Origin: Gammaproteobacteria bacterium
GTDB lineage: Bacteria; Pseudomonadota; Gammaproteobacteria; Pseudomonadales; Azotimanducaceae
Direction of reading: 5' to 3'
Assembly (NCBI GenBank): GCA_963581445.1
Contig: CAUZON010000014.1
Span: 3,672 to 67,671 of the forward strand
Length of the DNA stretch: 64,000 bases
Part shown: positions 27,578-37,657 of the stretch, in pieces
Layout: every line of letters begins with the position of its first letter
Numbering within the stretch: position 1 is the first letter of the stretch
The notes under the pieces: generated by a model
The model's input: the letters and a program-made list of their open reading frames with translations, nothing else
What the model was told of the DNA's origin: nothing
Database searches by the model: none
Made by a program: the position numbers and the translations under genes

Positions 27578-29020
27578 ATGGCTGATGAACAAGCGTTACA
27601 TTTTCAATCTTTGTCGAATATCTGTCGGCAGCTTAAGAGTGGGGCCTTGTCCTCTGTGGCGCTCACCCAGTATATGTTTGAACGCATTCACAGATTGGAC
27701 GGGCAAACTCTGAGTTTTGCTCGGCTGCTTGAAGAGCAAGCCTTAATAACCGCTGCGGCAAGAGATGAGGCTCGTGCCAAAGGTCAGCCTTTAGGCGCAT
27801 TGCACGGCGTACCTATTGCCATTAAGGATCTGCTCTATACCAAAGACATAGTCACCGCCTCTGGCACCTTGGTGATGCAGGACTTTCGTCCAACTTTTGA
27901 TGCAACGGTTGTCACGCGGCTCGAGCAAGCGGGCGCCGTGATCATTGGTAAAACACAATTAACAGAAGGTGCTTTTGGTCATCATCATCCAGATATTCCA
28001 GCGCCAATAAATCCCTGGCATAAGCGTGCTTGGAGTGGTGTTTCATCTTCAGGCTCCGGCGTCAGTGTTGCTGCTGGGTTAGCGTTTGCAGCCTTGGGTT
28101 CTGACACAGGCGGCAGTATTCGTTTTCCATCGGCTAGCTGTGGTCTAGTTGGACTGAAGCCCACTTATGGCAGGGTCAGTTTGTATGGCGCTTTTCCACT
28201 GGCTGGCAGCCTTGATCATATTGGCCCTATGACCCGTAGTGTAGAAGATGCCGCGCGTATGCTTAGTGTTATGGCGGGCTACGACGAAAACGATCCCGGC
28301 TCCGTGAACGCAAGTGTGCCCAATTATTTGGCCGACGTTGTTGCTGAAGGCTCTAACGAATGCTCTGAGGTGAGTTTTGCAGGCGTACGTATAGGTGTTG
28401 ACTGGGATTATGTCAGTAATGGTGTGGCGCTTGAAGTAAGCCAAGTCGTCCGCGATACGCTTGATGCACTGAGCAAACTGGGCGCTGAGATTTGCCCGGT
28501 AGTTATGCCAGAAAGTTATAAAATTTTGGCCAGTGGCTGGGCGGTGACCACGGGTGTTGAATGCGCCAAGGCGCATAGCGAATTTTACCCACAACAAAAA
28601 GCTGAGTACGGGCCAGATTTGGCAGCCCTTATTGATTTAGGCTTGCGGGTGACAGCAGAAGATTATGCTCAGTTAGAGCGCATTCGACGCGATTTCACCG
28701 CGCAAATGGAACAAGTGCTAACTCAGGTCGATGTCATGATTAGCCCATGTATGCCCATAGCCACACCGGACATTGAAGTGATGTCTGAACTTAGTCCTGA
28801 AGAAGGCCAGGCAGATTTTTTAACATTCACAGCGCCATTTGATTACTCCGGTCATCCAACACTGACATTGCCGTCAGCACTGGATGCCAATTCACGACCA
28901 GCATCGTTTCAATTGGTGGCGGTCAAACTAGGCGAAGCCAATTTGCTTAGAGTAGGCTCAATGATCGAGCAAAGTTTGCCCCGGTTGTCCTACCCGGAAT
29001 TGGATCAAGCCGGCACGTAG
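27578..29020 (+). CDS. amidase (amidase-signature family)
   Basis: IAIKD Lys region and GSDTGGSIRFPS are present. The Gly/Ser-rich loop is divergent (SGVSSSGSGVSVAAG). Confidence 0.88.
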   Translation: MADEQALHFQSLSNICRQLKSGALSSVALTQYMFERIHRLDGQTLSFARLLEEQALITAAARDEARAKGQPLGALHGVPIAIKDLLYTKDIVTASGTLVMQDFRPTFDATVVTRLEQAGAVIIGKTQLTEGAFGHHHPDIPAPINPWHKRAWSGVSSSGSGVSVAAGLAFAALGSDTGGSIRFPSASCGLVGLKPTYGRVSLYGAFPLAGSLDHIGPMTRSVEDAARMLSVMAGYDENDPGSVNASVPNYLADVVAEGSNECSEVSFAGVRIGVDWDYVSNGVALEVSQVVRDTLDALSKLGAEICPVVMPESYKILASGWAVTTGVECAKAHSEFYPQQKAEYGPDLAALIDLGLRVTAEDYAQLERIRRDFTAQMEQVLTQVDVMISPCMPIATPDIEVMSELSPEEGQADFLTFTAPFDYSGHPTLTLPSALDANSRPASFQLVAVKLGEANLLRVGSMIEQSLPRLSYPELDQAGT

Positions 29021-29044
29021 TGATTACTAGTTAAGGAGTAATAA

Positions 29045-29866
29045 ATGGATCAACAAAGCACTTTTTATTATGCAGATCCAACGGTAAAAGACCCCGCGTA
29101 CTTTTTGTGCCCGCCTCCCGAAAATGCAGAGCAACGCGATCCGGGTAGAGTCCCAGGACAGCATAAGGTTGAAGATGTGCGCGGCTACATGTCAGCGCTA
29201 AACATTGATCAACAGGGTTTGGCATTTGTGCAGCAGCACTCTGCGACCACCGATTTCTACGATGATGAGGCGGTACGCAATACTTACTATCCAGAAGTTC
29301 AAGACTTGGTCAAGGCCCATACGGGCGCTAAGGAAGTTTTTGTCTTTGATCACAATGTGCGCAACAAAGATATAGCTGGCTCTGACCAAAAATCTCAGCG
29401 GGCACCTATTCAAAACCCGGTAAAGTCTGTGCACAACGACTATACGGAAATTTCAGGGCCTCAGCGCGTTCGGGACTTTTTGCCAGACCGCGCTGAAGAA
29501 CTGGTTAACCAGCGTTTTGCCATGATCAATGTCTGGCGGCCTATTGTTGGGCCTGTGTTGCAAACGCCCTTTGCCGTAATAGATGCGGGTTCTATCAGTA
29601 AAGACGATTTCATTCCCATTGATTTGGTTTACACCGATCGTGTTGGGCAAATTTATATGGTCCGCGATAACCCTAAACACCGTTGGCTGTATTTGTCGGA
29701 AATGCAGCATGCTGAGGTAATGTTGTTGAAGTGCTTTGATTCAGACCTCAATGTGCCTGCGCGATTTACCGCTCACAGCGCCTTTGAGTTGCCGGCGCAG
29801 TCTACCGATGCAGAGCCATTGCCAGGGCGGCAGAGTATTGAAGTGCGAACGCTGGTTTTTTACTAG
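29045..29866 (+). CDS. CmcJ/NvfI-family oxidoreductase (putative oxygenase)
   Basis: VHNDYTEISGPQRV, INVWRPI and FDS...RFTAHSAF segments resemble the CmcJ-like family. Recognition is from memory. Confidence 0.65.
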   Translation: MDQQSTFYYADPTVKDPAYFLCPPPENAEQRDPGRVPGQHKVEDVRGYMSALNIDQQGLAFVQQHSATTDFYDDEAVRNTYYPEVQDLVKAHTGAKEVFVFDHNVRNKDIAGSDQKSQRAPIQNPVKSVHNDYTEISGPQRVRDFLPDRAEELVNQRFAMINVWRPIVGPVLQTPFAVIDAGSISKDDFIPIDLVYTDRVGQIYMVRDNPKHRWLYLSEMQHAEVMLLKCFDSDLNVPARFTAHSAFELPAQSTDAEPLPGRQSIEVRTLVFY

Positions 29867-30007
29867 CACTAGATAAAGTGGCGGCGAAAAATTAGGGTCT
29901 GCAATTTCCCAATCAACCGGCTAGTGTTTTTCCCTAATGTATAAGTTAGCGTTAGATAATGATGCTCCCGCGCCCAAGACGTTATTTTCCTAATCTGGTG
30001 AAAGGAT

Positions 30008-30595
30008 ATGACAACTTTTCTGTCTATTGCCGCAATGCTCGTTTCTCAAAATACAGCGAGTCAAAATTTTGAACGCGCACTCGTCTCTGCTGCCATAGAT
30101 AGGACTAAACATGAAGTTCGTTATGATGGGACTTACCATTCCATTGCCTACCCCAATGGTGATGTGCCCGCAAATGTTGGTGTTTGTACTGACGTAGTCA
30201 TTAGGGCTTATCGTGCTATAGGCGCTGACCTTCAAGTTTTGGTTCACCAGGATATGACGGAGAATTTTTCTCGCTATCCGTCAAAACGTATTTGGGGGCT
30301 CAGATCTACTGATAAGAATATAGATCATCGACGAGTTCCAATCCTGCAAGTTTTCTTTTCTCGGCAAGGGAAATCTTTGCCTCTTACCGCAAAAAGCGAA
30401 GATTATACTCCAGGCGATATAGTTACGTGGACGTTGCCGGGTAATTTTCCTCATATTGGAATTGTTACCAATAAAGTGTCAGCGTTCTCTGGAAATCTTC
30501 TTATAGCTTATAATATTGGTGCAGGCCCAAAGCTTGAGGACATGCTCTTCGCCTACGAAATAACCGGGCACTATCGCTACACACCGAAAGAGTAG
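30008..30595 (+). CDS. DUF1287-family protein
   Basis: YDGTYHSIAYPNGDVPANVGVCTDVVIRAYR and HIGIV motifs are typical of DUF1287. Confidence 0.75.
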   Translation: MTTFLSIAAMLVSQNTASQNFERALVSAAIDRTKHEVRYDGTYHSIAYPNGDVPANVGVCTDVVIRAYRAIGADLQVLVHQDMTENFSRYPSKRIWGLRSTDKNIDHRRVPILQVFFSRQGKSLPLTAKSEDYTPGDIVTWTLPGNFPHIGIVTNKVSAFSGNLLIAYNIGAGPKLEDMLFAYEITGHYRYTPKE

Positions 30596-30706
30596 GGCAA
30601 TTTAGATAATCCTGAGCGCTGAAAACGTCGAGCATTAAAATACGCTGCCAGCATTTGGCCTTTCTGATAATAATTTTTTTCCTGGTGCTGCGTTTATCAT
30701 TGCGGG

Positions 30707-30874
30707 ATGTCTAACCTACCGGTATCCGCACTTCAAATTTTTTTAGTTGGTCACTTCATTTTATTTGGTGTTAACACACTAACCATGCTTCTCGTTAGTG
30801 GATTTGGGCCATTGAAGTTCGTTTTCGACGTTTATTGCCAAGTGATATTTGTTTTTCTTTACGCGTTAGTCTAG
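30707..30874 (+). CDS. possible 55-aa hydrophobic small protein
   Basis: ATG..TAG ORF below the track cut-off, encoding MSNLPVSALQIFLVGHFILFGVNTLTMLLVSGFGPLKFVFDVYCQVIFVFLYALV. The RBS is weak and the region is AT-rich. Confidence 0.25.
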   Translation: MSNLPVSALQIFLVGHFILFGVNTLTMLLVSGFGPLKFVFDVYCQVIFVFLYALV

Positions 30875-30981
30875 TGGATAAAGCAATGGAGAATCCGGCG
30901 CAGGGATTAAGCAGCTAACGCTGAAAATTTCGAAATTAGTTTGGTTTTTTAAGCTTTTAAGCTTTAGCTGGGCTAGTTTTT

Positions 30982-31878
30982 TCACACTTCGTGCCAGTCT
31001 TGCCAGTGCTGTTGTAAGTGTTGGCGAACTTCAATTTCTTGCCGATCTATATAAATGAACACTAAATGCCCTTGTTCTGAGAGCGCGGCAGTCTCTTGGT
31101 TAACCTTCTCTAGCGTTAGCACATCTCCCACGCGCTGGAGCAAATACAGTCCTTGGTCGGTTTTCACATAGCCTTTAACTCTATGCACAGTTGACGGTAA
31201 CGCATCACAGAGCGCCCGGAGATGATCAATGTTGACCTGAGCAATCTGTGGCAGTGTGCAACTGGCAAAACCGTGACCGTGGTTGTGTGGATTTAGTGTC
31301 CCCGCAGTGTCTTGTTGATCATAATCTGGAGAAAAAATATTTGGGCTTTGCAGGACCTTGTGGTTGTTGTAGCCGTGGAGGGTAAAGGTGGGCGCTAGAT
31401 CAAGTTTTGACGCAATTAGATAATCCGCTTCATCTACCTGTTGTTTGACCAAATAGCCAACAAATTTGTCCTGACATTGTTTGTCGTGGTTGGCAGCGTC
31501 CACCAAAACAAAGGTGGCGCGGGGGGCGTAACCGGGATAGCTGCATTGTCGTTGCAATTTTTTGGGCGATGCCACGCCGCTGGCTTCTAACAGAACATGT
31601 TCTATTGGAAACTCGCCCAACTGCGCTCTTAATGTTTCCAGCGCCTCGCTTAAATCTTCACCAATAGTGCAGCACACGCAGCCATTGGTAAGGCCGATGA
31701 TCTTGCCGTCCGGTGATTGCTCTTTTATCCACTTGGCATCTAGATTGATATCACCAAAGTCGTTCACCAACACCGCCAAGTTAGGCGGCGGCGAGTCGCT
31801 GGTCAAAATGCTATTGATTAAAGTTGTCTTACCGGCGCCTAAGTATCCGCCAATAATAGTGATGGGAATATTTATCAT
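30982..31878 (-). CDS. COG0523/CobW-family G3E GTPase (putative metallochaperone)
   Basis: Walker A GGYLGAGKTTLIN, the CxCC motif GCVCCT, and a short His-rich patch HNHGHG. It overlaps the upstream amidohydrolase stop by 4 nt. Confidence 0.88.
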   Translation of the reverse strand: MINIPITIIGGYLGAGKTTLINSILTSDSPPPNLAVLVNDFGDINLDAKWIKEQSPDGKIIGLTNGCVCCTIGEDLSEALETLRAQLGEFPIEHVLLEASGVASPKKLQRQCSYPGYAPRATFVLVDAANHDKQCQDKFVGYLVKQQVDEADYLIASKLDLAPTFTLHGYNNHKVLQSPNIFSPDYDQQDTAGTLNPHNHGHGFASCTLPQIAQVNIDHLRALCDALPSTVHRVKGYVKTDQGLYLLQRVGDVLTLEKVNQETAALSEQGHLVFIYIDRQEIEVRQHLQQHWQDWHEV

Positions 31879-33533
31879 AAGGTTGTTGTTGGGAATACTT
31901 TACCCTCGAAAACCGTTGCGTAAATATTAATGTCCCGCAGATTCATTGGGTCGCAGGTAAGCGGGTCTTCATCCAGTACTGTGAAGTCGGCCCGTTTGCC
32001 TGATCGAATGCTGCCGGTGATGTCTGCCATGCCCATAACCTGTGCCGCGTTAATTGTAATGGCTTGTAGCGCTTGTTGTTGGGTAAGACATTCTTCAGGG
32101 CACATAACGTCGCCCTCTGAGTTGATTCTATTCACTGCCACCCATGCGCTGTTTAAGGGTTCTGCTGGTGCCATGGTGAAATCAGAGTGCAGGGTGGTGT
32201 TAATGCCCTCGCGGAAACAGGTGCCAAGCCGGGCCATTTGCGATGCTCTCTCATAGCCTACTGCGTCTTTCGCGTACATGTCCGAAAGTTCATGTAGGTA
32301 GTAGGCGTTGGCGGAAACCTGCCCGCCTAGGGCCTTAATCCGCTTGATCTGTTCAGGGGTACTTATACCAAAATGTTCGAAGGTATAGCCATGATTGAAT
32401 CGTGGTCGTTCGAACTGCATTTTTTCTAGCACATCTATTGCCAGCTCTAGTCCTAGGTCACCAGTTACATGCACATGGATTTGGAATCCAGCATGCCAGT
32501 AAGCGCGAATGTTTTTTTCCAATATTTTTGGCGGCATTAACCACTCGCCATGGTGTTCATCGATATAGCCCGGAGCCTGCAGTTGTGCCAAAGCGCTGAA
32601 AAATGCGCCATCGCTAAACATTTTAATGTGTTTACCAAAGTGCAGCCGGTGGCTGTTGCGCTCGACGAGCCCTTCGGCTTTTTCCACCGCCTGCTCTAAC
32701 GTTCTGCCGCCGCCACTCATTCGTGCAGAATGGGCGACAAGTCGAGTACGAAAGGGCACTTCGTCGCCTTCAAGCAATTGCGCTAATGTTGTGGCTTCGG
32801 TTTCAAAGTCAAACAGTCCGGTAGCAAGATCGCCAATGGTGGTGTGGCCGCCATGGTGAACAACCTTTTTAAGTCGTTCTAGCCCAGCTGCATAAACGTC
32901 TGGCGCAAGTATCCAAGGGTTAAGGTGCTGGATGGCATAGCCTAAGCCGTTTTCAAAGAAGTGCCCGTTGTCGATATCGATTTGGTCGCCTTGTTTGATG
33001 TCATCAATGTTTACCCCAGCCATTTGCATTGCTGCATCGTTCATATACAGCTCGTGAAAGGAGCGGTGCCAGACAACTATGGGTCGAGTAGTACTTATGG
33101 CATTGATGCGCGCTTTGCTCATAGGCCCATGCCACAACTGATGGAACCCCCAAATGAACAGCGGTTCAGGCTCGTCTGCGCCGTCGTCATTTTTGCCGGC
33201 ATGGAGCGTTTGCATACGTTCATCAAATCCATCTTTTGTTGTAGTGGGCTCCACTGTGCCCCATGGGAGTTTCCAGCGCATGGCGGTAATGAATTCCATG
33301 GGCAGTAAAACAGCCGCCATGCTGGGGTGTAGGTGGGGGTCGATAAAGCCGGGGCAGATCACTTTATCGGCAAATTGTTCATCCACCTGATATTCCTGAC
33401 CCTCAAGCCACGGCTGCATATGTTCTCGCTCGCCCACTTCAAGAATAATGCCATCTCGCACCAGTACTGCGCTGGCTCTGGGCATGGAGTCGTTCATGGT
33501 AATGATTGAGCGCGCTGGGTAGAGGGTTAACAT
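31875..33533 (-). CDS. amidohydrolase-3 (YtcJ-like) metal-dependent hydrolase
   Basis: 552 aa. PGFIDPHLHP metal-binding motif, later HVHVTGD, and C-terminal GSIRSGKRADFTVLD. Confidence 0.88.
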   Translation of the reverse strand: MLTLYPARSIITMNDSMPRASAVLVRDGIILEVGEREHMQPWLEGQEYQVDEQFADKVICPGFIDPHLHPSMAAVLLPMEFITAMRWKLPWGTVEPTTTKDGFDERMQTLHAGKNDDGADEPEPLFIWGFHQLWHGPMSKARINAISTTRPIVVWHRSFHELYMNDAAMQMAGVNIDDIKQGDQIDIDNGHFFENGLGYAIQHLNPWILAPDVYAAGLERLKKVVHHGGHTTIGDLATGLFDFETEATTLAQLLEGDEVPFRTRLVAHSARMSGGGRTLEQAVEKAEGLVERNSHRLHFGKHIKMFSDGAFFSALAQLQAPGYIDEHHGEWLMPPKILEKNIRAYWHAGFQIHVHVTGDLGLELAIDVLEKMQFERPRFNHGYTFEHFGISTPEQIKRIKALGGQVSANAYYLHELSDMYAKDAVGYERASQMARLGTCFREGINTTLHSDFTMAPAEPLNSAWVAVNRINSEGDVMCPEECLTQQQALQAITINAAQVMGMADITGSIRSGKRADFTVLDEDPLTCDPMNLRDINIYATVFEGKVFPTTTL

Positions 33534-33605
33534 GAATACTTCTCCGCTGTCAGTTTTGGCGTAGGGCTTGCTACGGATTCTTAAATAAGGCCTTTTAGTC
33601 TAAAT

Positions 33606-33633
33606 CCTTTTGTTCAAGGCCTTTTGTTCAAGG
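33606..33633. repeat. perfect 14-nt direct repeat x2 (CCTTTTGTTCAAGG)
   Basis: Read directly. It lies 73-100 nt upstream of the amidohydrolase start, in a divergent intergenic region. Confidence 0.9.
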
Positions 33634-33864
33634 CCCTCAAGCGGAGGCCCTTGGTTTAAGATTCTTAGTTCACGATAGTTGCACTAAGAGCATTAACGTT
33701 AACCGCAGCTTTTTATTAGCCTGCAAGAATGCCCTTAATATTGTGAAAAGAAAATGGCGGTTCGAGCAGGAATTTGTCACGTAAATTTACCCGTTACCAA
33801 GATGGCTGTAGAGTTAGCCGTCTACCGGTGATTACACCGATTTTCCAGATTTTCTGAGGTATAT

Positions 33865-34881
33865 ATGGACCCCATTAGTCAGGGTGTGCTGGGCGCATCC
33901 TTTGCTCAGGCTGCTGCCAAAAACAAAGAAAAAATTATTGCCGCTGCCTGGTTTGGGGCGTTGGCAGGTATGGCGCCGGACTTAGATGTGGTAATCCAAT
34001 CGCCGTCAGATCCGTTGTTATTCCTAGAGTTCCACCGACAGTTTACTCACGCATTGATCTTTATTCCGCTGGGGGCATTGTTGGTGGCGTGGCCACTGTT
34101 TAAGTTGCAGGTGCGTTTCTTTCGGCCGTATTTGTCACTGCGGGAAAGCTACCTGTTTTGTTTGTTGGGCTATGCCACCCATGGCCTGCTGGATGGGTGT
34201 ACTTCCTACGGCACACAGTTGCTCTGGCCGATTAGCGATGAGCGTTTTGCGTGGAATAACATCTCTATCATTGACCCTCTGTTTACTTTGCCGTTGCTGG
34301 TTTTAGTGGCGTTAGCGGGTTACAAACGTAGGCGCGGTTTTGCTATTGCCGCGTGTCTTTGGGCTTTGAGCTATCTGAGTTTAGGTTGGCTGCAAGTAGA
34401 TCGCGCAGTTGCCGCTGGAGAGTTAGTAGCAGCCCAGCGCGGTCATACTCCTGAACGATTAACTGTGAAACCGAGTTTTGCCAATTTGTTTTTGTGGAAG
34501 GTCATTTACGAATTTGACGGTGATTATTATGTGGATGCGGTGCGGGTACTGAATGAGCCGCAGTGGTGTGAGGGTGAAAGCATTGCAAAATTTGATGTCG
34601 ACAAGCAATTTCCCTCCTTGGCACCAGAGAGCCAGCAGCGTATTGATATAGAGCGATTTCGCTGGTTTTCTGATGACTATTTGGCCGTTAATGGGCTGGG
34701 TCAGGTGATAGATATGCGTTACAGCTTTTTGCCAAATGAGGTGGCGGCCATGTGGGGTATTGAAATAACGCCCTTAAAGCCAGACACCCATGTTGTTTGG
34801 TGGGCCAACCGCGATTTAGACGAGTCCCAGCGGGAGGATTTCTATAACCTACTCTCGGGGCAGAGCTGCCTGTCGCTATAG
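33865..34881 (+). CDS. membrane-bound metal-dependent hydrolase (YdjM/DUF457-like) with C-terminal extension
   Basis: N-terminal MDPISQGVLGA, a conserved His-containing TM core (FHRQFTHALIF, GYATHGLLD), and a soluble tail of about 150 aa. Confidence 0.75.
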   Translation: MDPISQGVLGASFAQAAAKNKEKIIAAAWFGALAGMAPDLDVVIQSPSDPLLFLEFHRQFTHALIFIPLGALLVAWPLFKLQVRFFRPYLSLRESYLFCLLGYATHGLLDGCTSYGTQLLWPISDERFAWNNISIIDPLFTLPLLVLVALAGYKRRRGFAIAACLWALSYLSLGWLQVDRAVAAGELVAAQRGHTPERLTVKPSFANLFLWKVIYEFDGDYYVDAVRVLNEPQWCEGESIAKFDVDKQFPSLAPESQQRIDIERFRWFSDDYLAVNGLGQVIDMRYSFLPNEVAAMWGIEITPLKPDTHVVWWANRDLDESQREDFYNLLSGQSCLSL

Positions 34882-35016
34882 CGTGCAATGACAGTGGTGA
34901 ATAGCTGCGGGTGTTTATTGAATACTCCTACAGACACTTCTGAGGCGCTTTTATAAAAGAAGCACTTTGAACAATCGTTCTCGAAAGGCGTGCACAAAAT
35001 TTAACAAAGGGTATGT

Positions 35017-35502
35017 ATGAAATCACTGACAGAAATGAGCATGGTTGTAGCGGAGTTGCTTAAGGAGCATGGAGAAACGGTGGCCGTTGCGGAAACCTCA
35101 ACCGGTGGTCTAATTTCTTCGGCGCTTCTGGCGGTACCGGGTGCATCTGCTTATTACAAAGGGGGCTCGGTGATTTATACACTAGAGTCGCGCAAAGAAT
35201 TGCTGGGTATTAATCGTTCTCACGTTGAGGGGTTAAAGCCTATGACGGAAACTATGGCACTGCGTTTTGCAGAAGTTGCACGTGCGCAATTGAATGCAAC
35301 GTGGGCTATCGCAGAGTTGGGCATAGCCGGCCCAGCAGGTGCACCTTATGGCATGGATGCTGGAACGAGTGTGATCGCTGTAGACGGGCCGCAGCCAATG
35401 ACCATAACTGTTGCAACTGGAACCTGCGACCGCGAAGAAAACATGTGGGCCTTCACTGCTGCAGCCTTTCAAGTGTTTGGTCGCGCATTGGCAGTTAGAT
35501 AA
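35017..35502 (+). CDS. CinA-family (PncC-like) nicotinamide-nucleotide amidohydrolase domain protein
   Basis: VAVAETSTGGLISSALLAVPGASAYYKGGSVIY is the CinA C-terminal domain signature. Confidence 0.85.
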   Translation: MKSLTEMSMVVAELLKEHGETVAVAETSTGGLISSALLAVPGASAYYKGGSVIYTLESRKELLGINRSHVEGLKPMTETMALRFAEVARAQLNATWAIAELGIAGPAGAPYGMDAGTSVIAVDGPQPMTITVATGTCDREENMWAFTAAAFQVFGRALAVR

Positions 35503-35532
35503 GCACTCTTAGCCTTTGCAAAAGCGGTATTG

Positions 35533-35913
35533 CTACCGGCCGCTTTGTCGCTGCCCAGTAAACGGTCTGTCGCCCCTCGGCGTTGCGATTGAACCGTTCA
35601 TGGTGTCTTGGTCTATTTGTCCGGTGTATGTCAGTTCAAAAGTGCCAAAGGCAGTTTTCATCTGAAAAGGGAAGCTGAACGAATTGCCGACCACTTCTAT
35701 TGCATCAATCGCAATAGTGGCTTTGGGTCCAGCTAAGGCACCCGAAAATTCCCCCGGTGCCTTCTCCAAAATAGTCAAAGTTTGCGTAGATTTGCCTCTA
35801 GGCCCATCTACCGCCAATAGCCATTCGCCGCTGATAGGGATAGCGGCATGTAGGCTTATGCTAAAAGTGAAAAAAAGCAGGGTGGCGAATACGAAAGACT
35901 TCAAATATTGCAC
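35533..35913 (-). CDS. small secreted protein, function unknown
   Basis: 126 aa with a clear signal peptide (FVFATLLFFTFSISLHA) and beta-rich composition. Confidence 0.6.
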   Translation of the reverse strand: MQYLKSFVFATLLFFTFSISLHAAIPISGEWLLAVDGPRGKSTQTLTILEKAPGEFSGALAGPKATIAIDAIEVVGNSFSFPFQMKTAFGTFELTYTGQIDQDTMNGSIATPRGDRPFTGQRQSGR

Positions 35914-36222
35914 ATTGTTGTTCCTAAATTGATTATTATTATTTGCTCAGCGTGAACAATACCGTGGAGAAAGATAGCAAATCAGTTTTTGAATTTACTG
36001 CCGCTGATCAAGTTTTGGTGAAAGTGTTGGTTAAACATTTGCCGAAAGGCGTGGCAAAAGAGGTCGTGGCTTGGCCTCGTTATGGCCTTTTATCCAGCAT
36101 ATGCCAAACCCACCTAGGCGACCGCCCATACCACAGCTGATAAGCGGTTGGGCGCGTTTTACGCCCTACCTCTTGTCAATTGTTGTGGTTACCTTCTGTT
36201 GGGAGTGGCGGGGCAGTTCAAC

Positions 36223-37320
36223 TTAATGATCAAATTCCAAAATGGCTCGGCCTGTAATTTGGCCACTTTGTAGCGCTTGTGCGGCTTCATTAATTTGTTC
36301 GATTTTGTATCTAGCCGTGACCATCCCCTGAAGATTCAGGTGGCCGCTGTTTTGCCATTCAAGAAAGCGTGGAAAATCTCGGTCTGGCGCACAGGATCCG
36401 CCAATGCTGCCAACAAAGCGTTTTTCATTGATCAGTACATCTACTGCGTTCAGCTCCACAGTGGTTGTGGGCACGCCAACCAATACGGCCATACCACCTT
36501 CTTTGGCGCCGAAGTAGGCTGTTCTGCACGCGGGCACAATCTGTTCCATAGTTTGCTTTATACCGATGCAATCGAATGCATAGTCAGCGCCAGAAACCGG
36601 CTGTCTTGAAATATTGAATTGTCCTGGTCGAGGCGTCAGAGCATGAATGGCAGCCACTGGGTCCTCCTTACTGGCATTAATGCAGTGAGTTGCGCCAAAG
36701 GTTTTAGCAAATTCTAGCTTACCGTCGTCTAGATCCACCGCGATGATTGGATGGGCTCCGGCCATCTTTGCGCCAACTACCGCAGATAAGCCAACACCGC
36801 CTACGCCAAATATGGCAACGCTTTCGCCTTTTTGTACATCTGCGGTATTAATTACCGCTCCGGCGCCGGTCATTACCGCGCAGCCAATGATTGCGCTGAC
36901 ATCTTTCTCGATATTTGGATCTACCTTCACCACATATTGCTCATCTGCAATGGTGTGATCTGCCCAAGTAAAAACGTTTTGTGAGGTGGCTATACCGTCG
37001 CTGACTTGTAGGTTTGCAGCTTCCGGTGGGTTAGCTGCGGTCTCGATATCTCTAGGCACCCAAGTGACCATAACAATGTCGCCTTCTTTTACGTGGCTAA
37101 CGTTGCTACCTGCCTTTAGTACGATACCCGTGGACTCATGGCCAAGAATGATTGGATTTTTTCGGGGGGCATGCATTTGATGCAGTTGGGAATGACAGAT
37201 ACCAGATGCAAATTGGCGTACCACGACTTGGTTTGGTTGTGGGTCGGGTAATTCAATGGATTCTATTCTAAGTGTATTGCTGTCTTGTGGCAGTACTACC
37301 ACGCGTGCTTGTGTTCCCAT
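36223..37320 (-). CDS. zinc-dependent alcohol dehydrogenase family oxidoreductase
   Basis: GICHSQLH and GHESTGIV zinc motifs, plus GVGGVGLSAV Rossmann motif. Start taken at ATG 37320 (AGGAG RBS) rather than track start 37347. Confidence 0.88.
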   Translation of the reverse strand: MGTQARVVVLPQDSNTLRIESIELPDPQPNQVVVRQFASGICHSQLHQMHAPRKNPIILGHESTGIVLKAGSNVSHVKEGDIVMVTWVPRDIETAANPPEAANLQVSDGIATSQNVFTWADHTIADEQYVVKVDPNIEKDVSAIIGCAVMTGAGAVINTADVQKGESVAIFGVGGVGLSAVVGAKMAGAHPIIAVDLDDGKLEFAKTFGATHCINASKEDPVAAIHALTPRPGQFNISRQPVSGADYAFDCIGIKQTMEQIVPACRTAYFGAKEGGMAVLVGVPTTTVELNAVDVLINEKRFVGSIGGSCAPDRDFPRFLEWQNSGHLNLQGMVTARYKIEQINEAAQALQSGQITGRAILEFDH

Positions 37321-37657
37321 CCTGCTTCTCCTATTTAGCTGCTCCAATTTACCTTGACTAGGAAATTTGTATATAAAAAATGTTTGTGGAAAATTTGGCC
37401 TTTAGTCCAAGCAAAGAAATGTGCTTATGCAATGATTTAAAGCGGCGTTGTTTATGCCACTATTGGTCGACAACTTGGGTGACGGTTGTTGGATGATTTT
37501 TTATCAGTGGGTCGCGCTTTAGCGACAGTTTGTGAATAAAAATATAACTCTTATTAAGCAGTCCAATGCCGAGTGTGAGCGCTGGGCTGTGGGACAAACC
37601 ACACCGAAATAATTCGGAACTTACTCATAAGTAATTCTTAAATAAAAAGGAAATTTG

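Noticed and set aside
28145-28597. 150-aa antisense ORF inside the second amidase gene
   Set aside because: It overlaps a well-supported amidase-signature CDS on the opposite strand. No family resemblance was seen.
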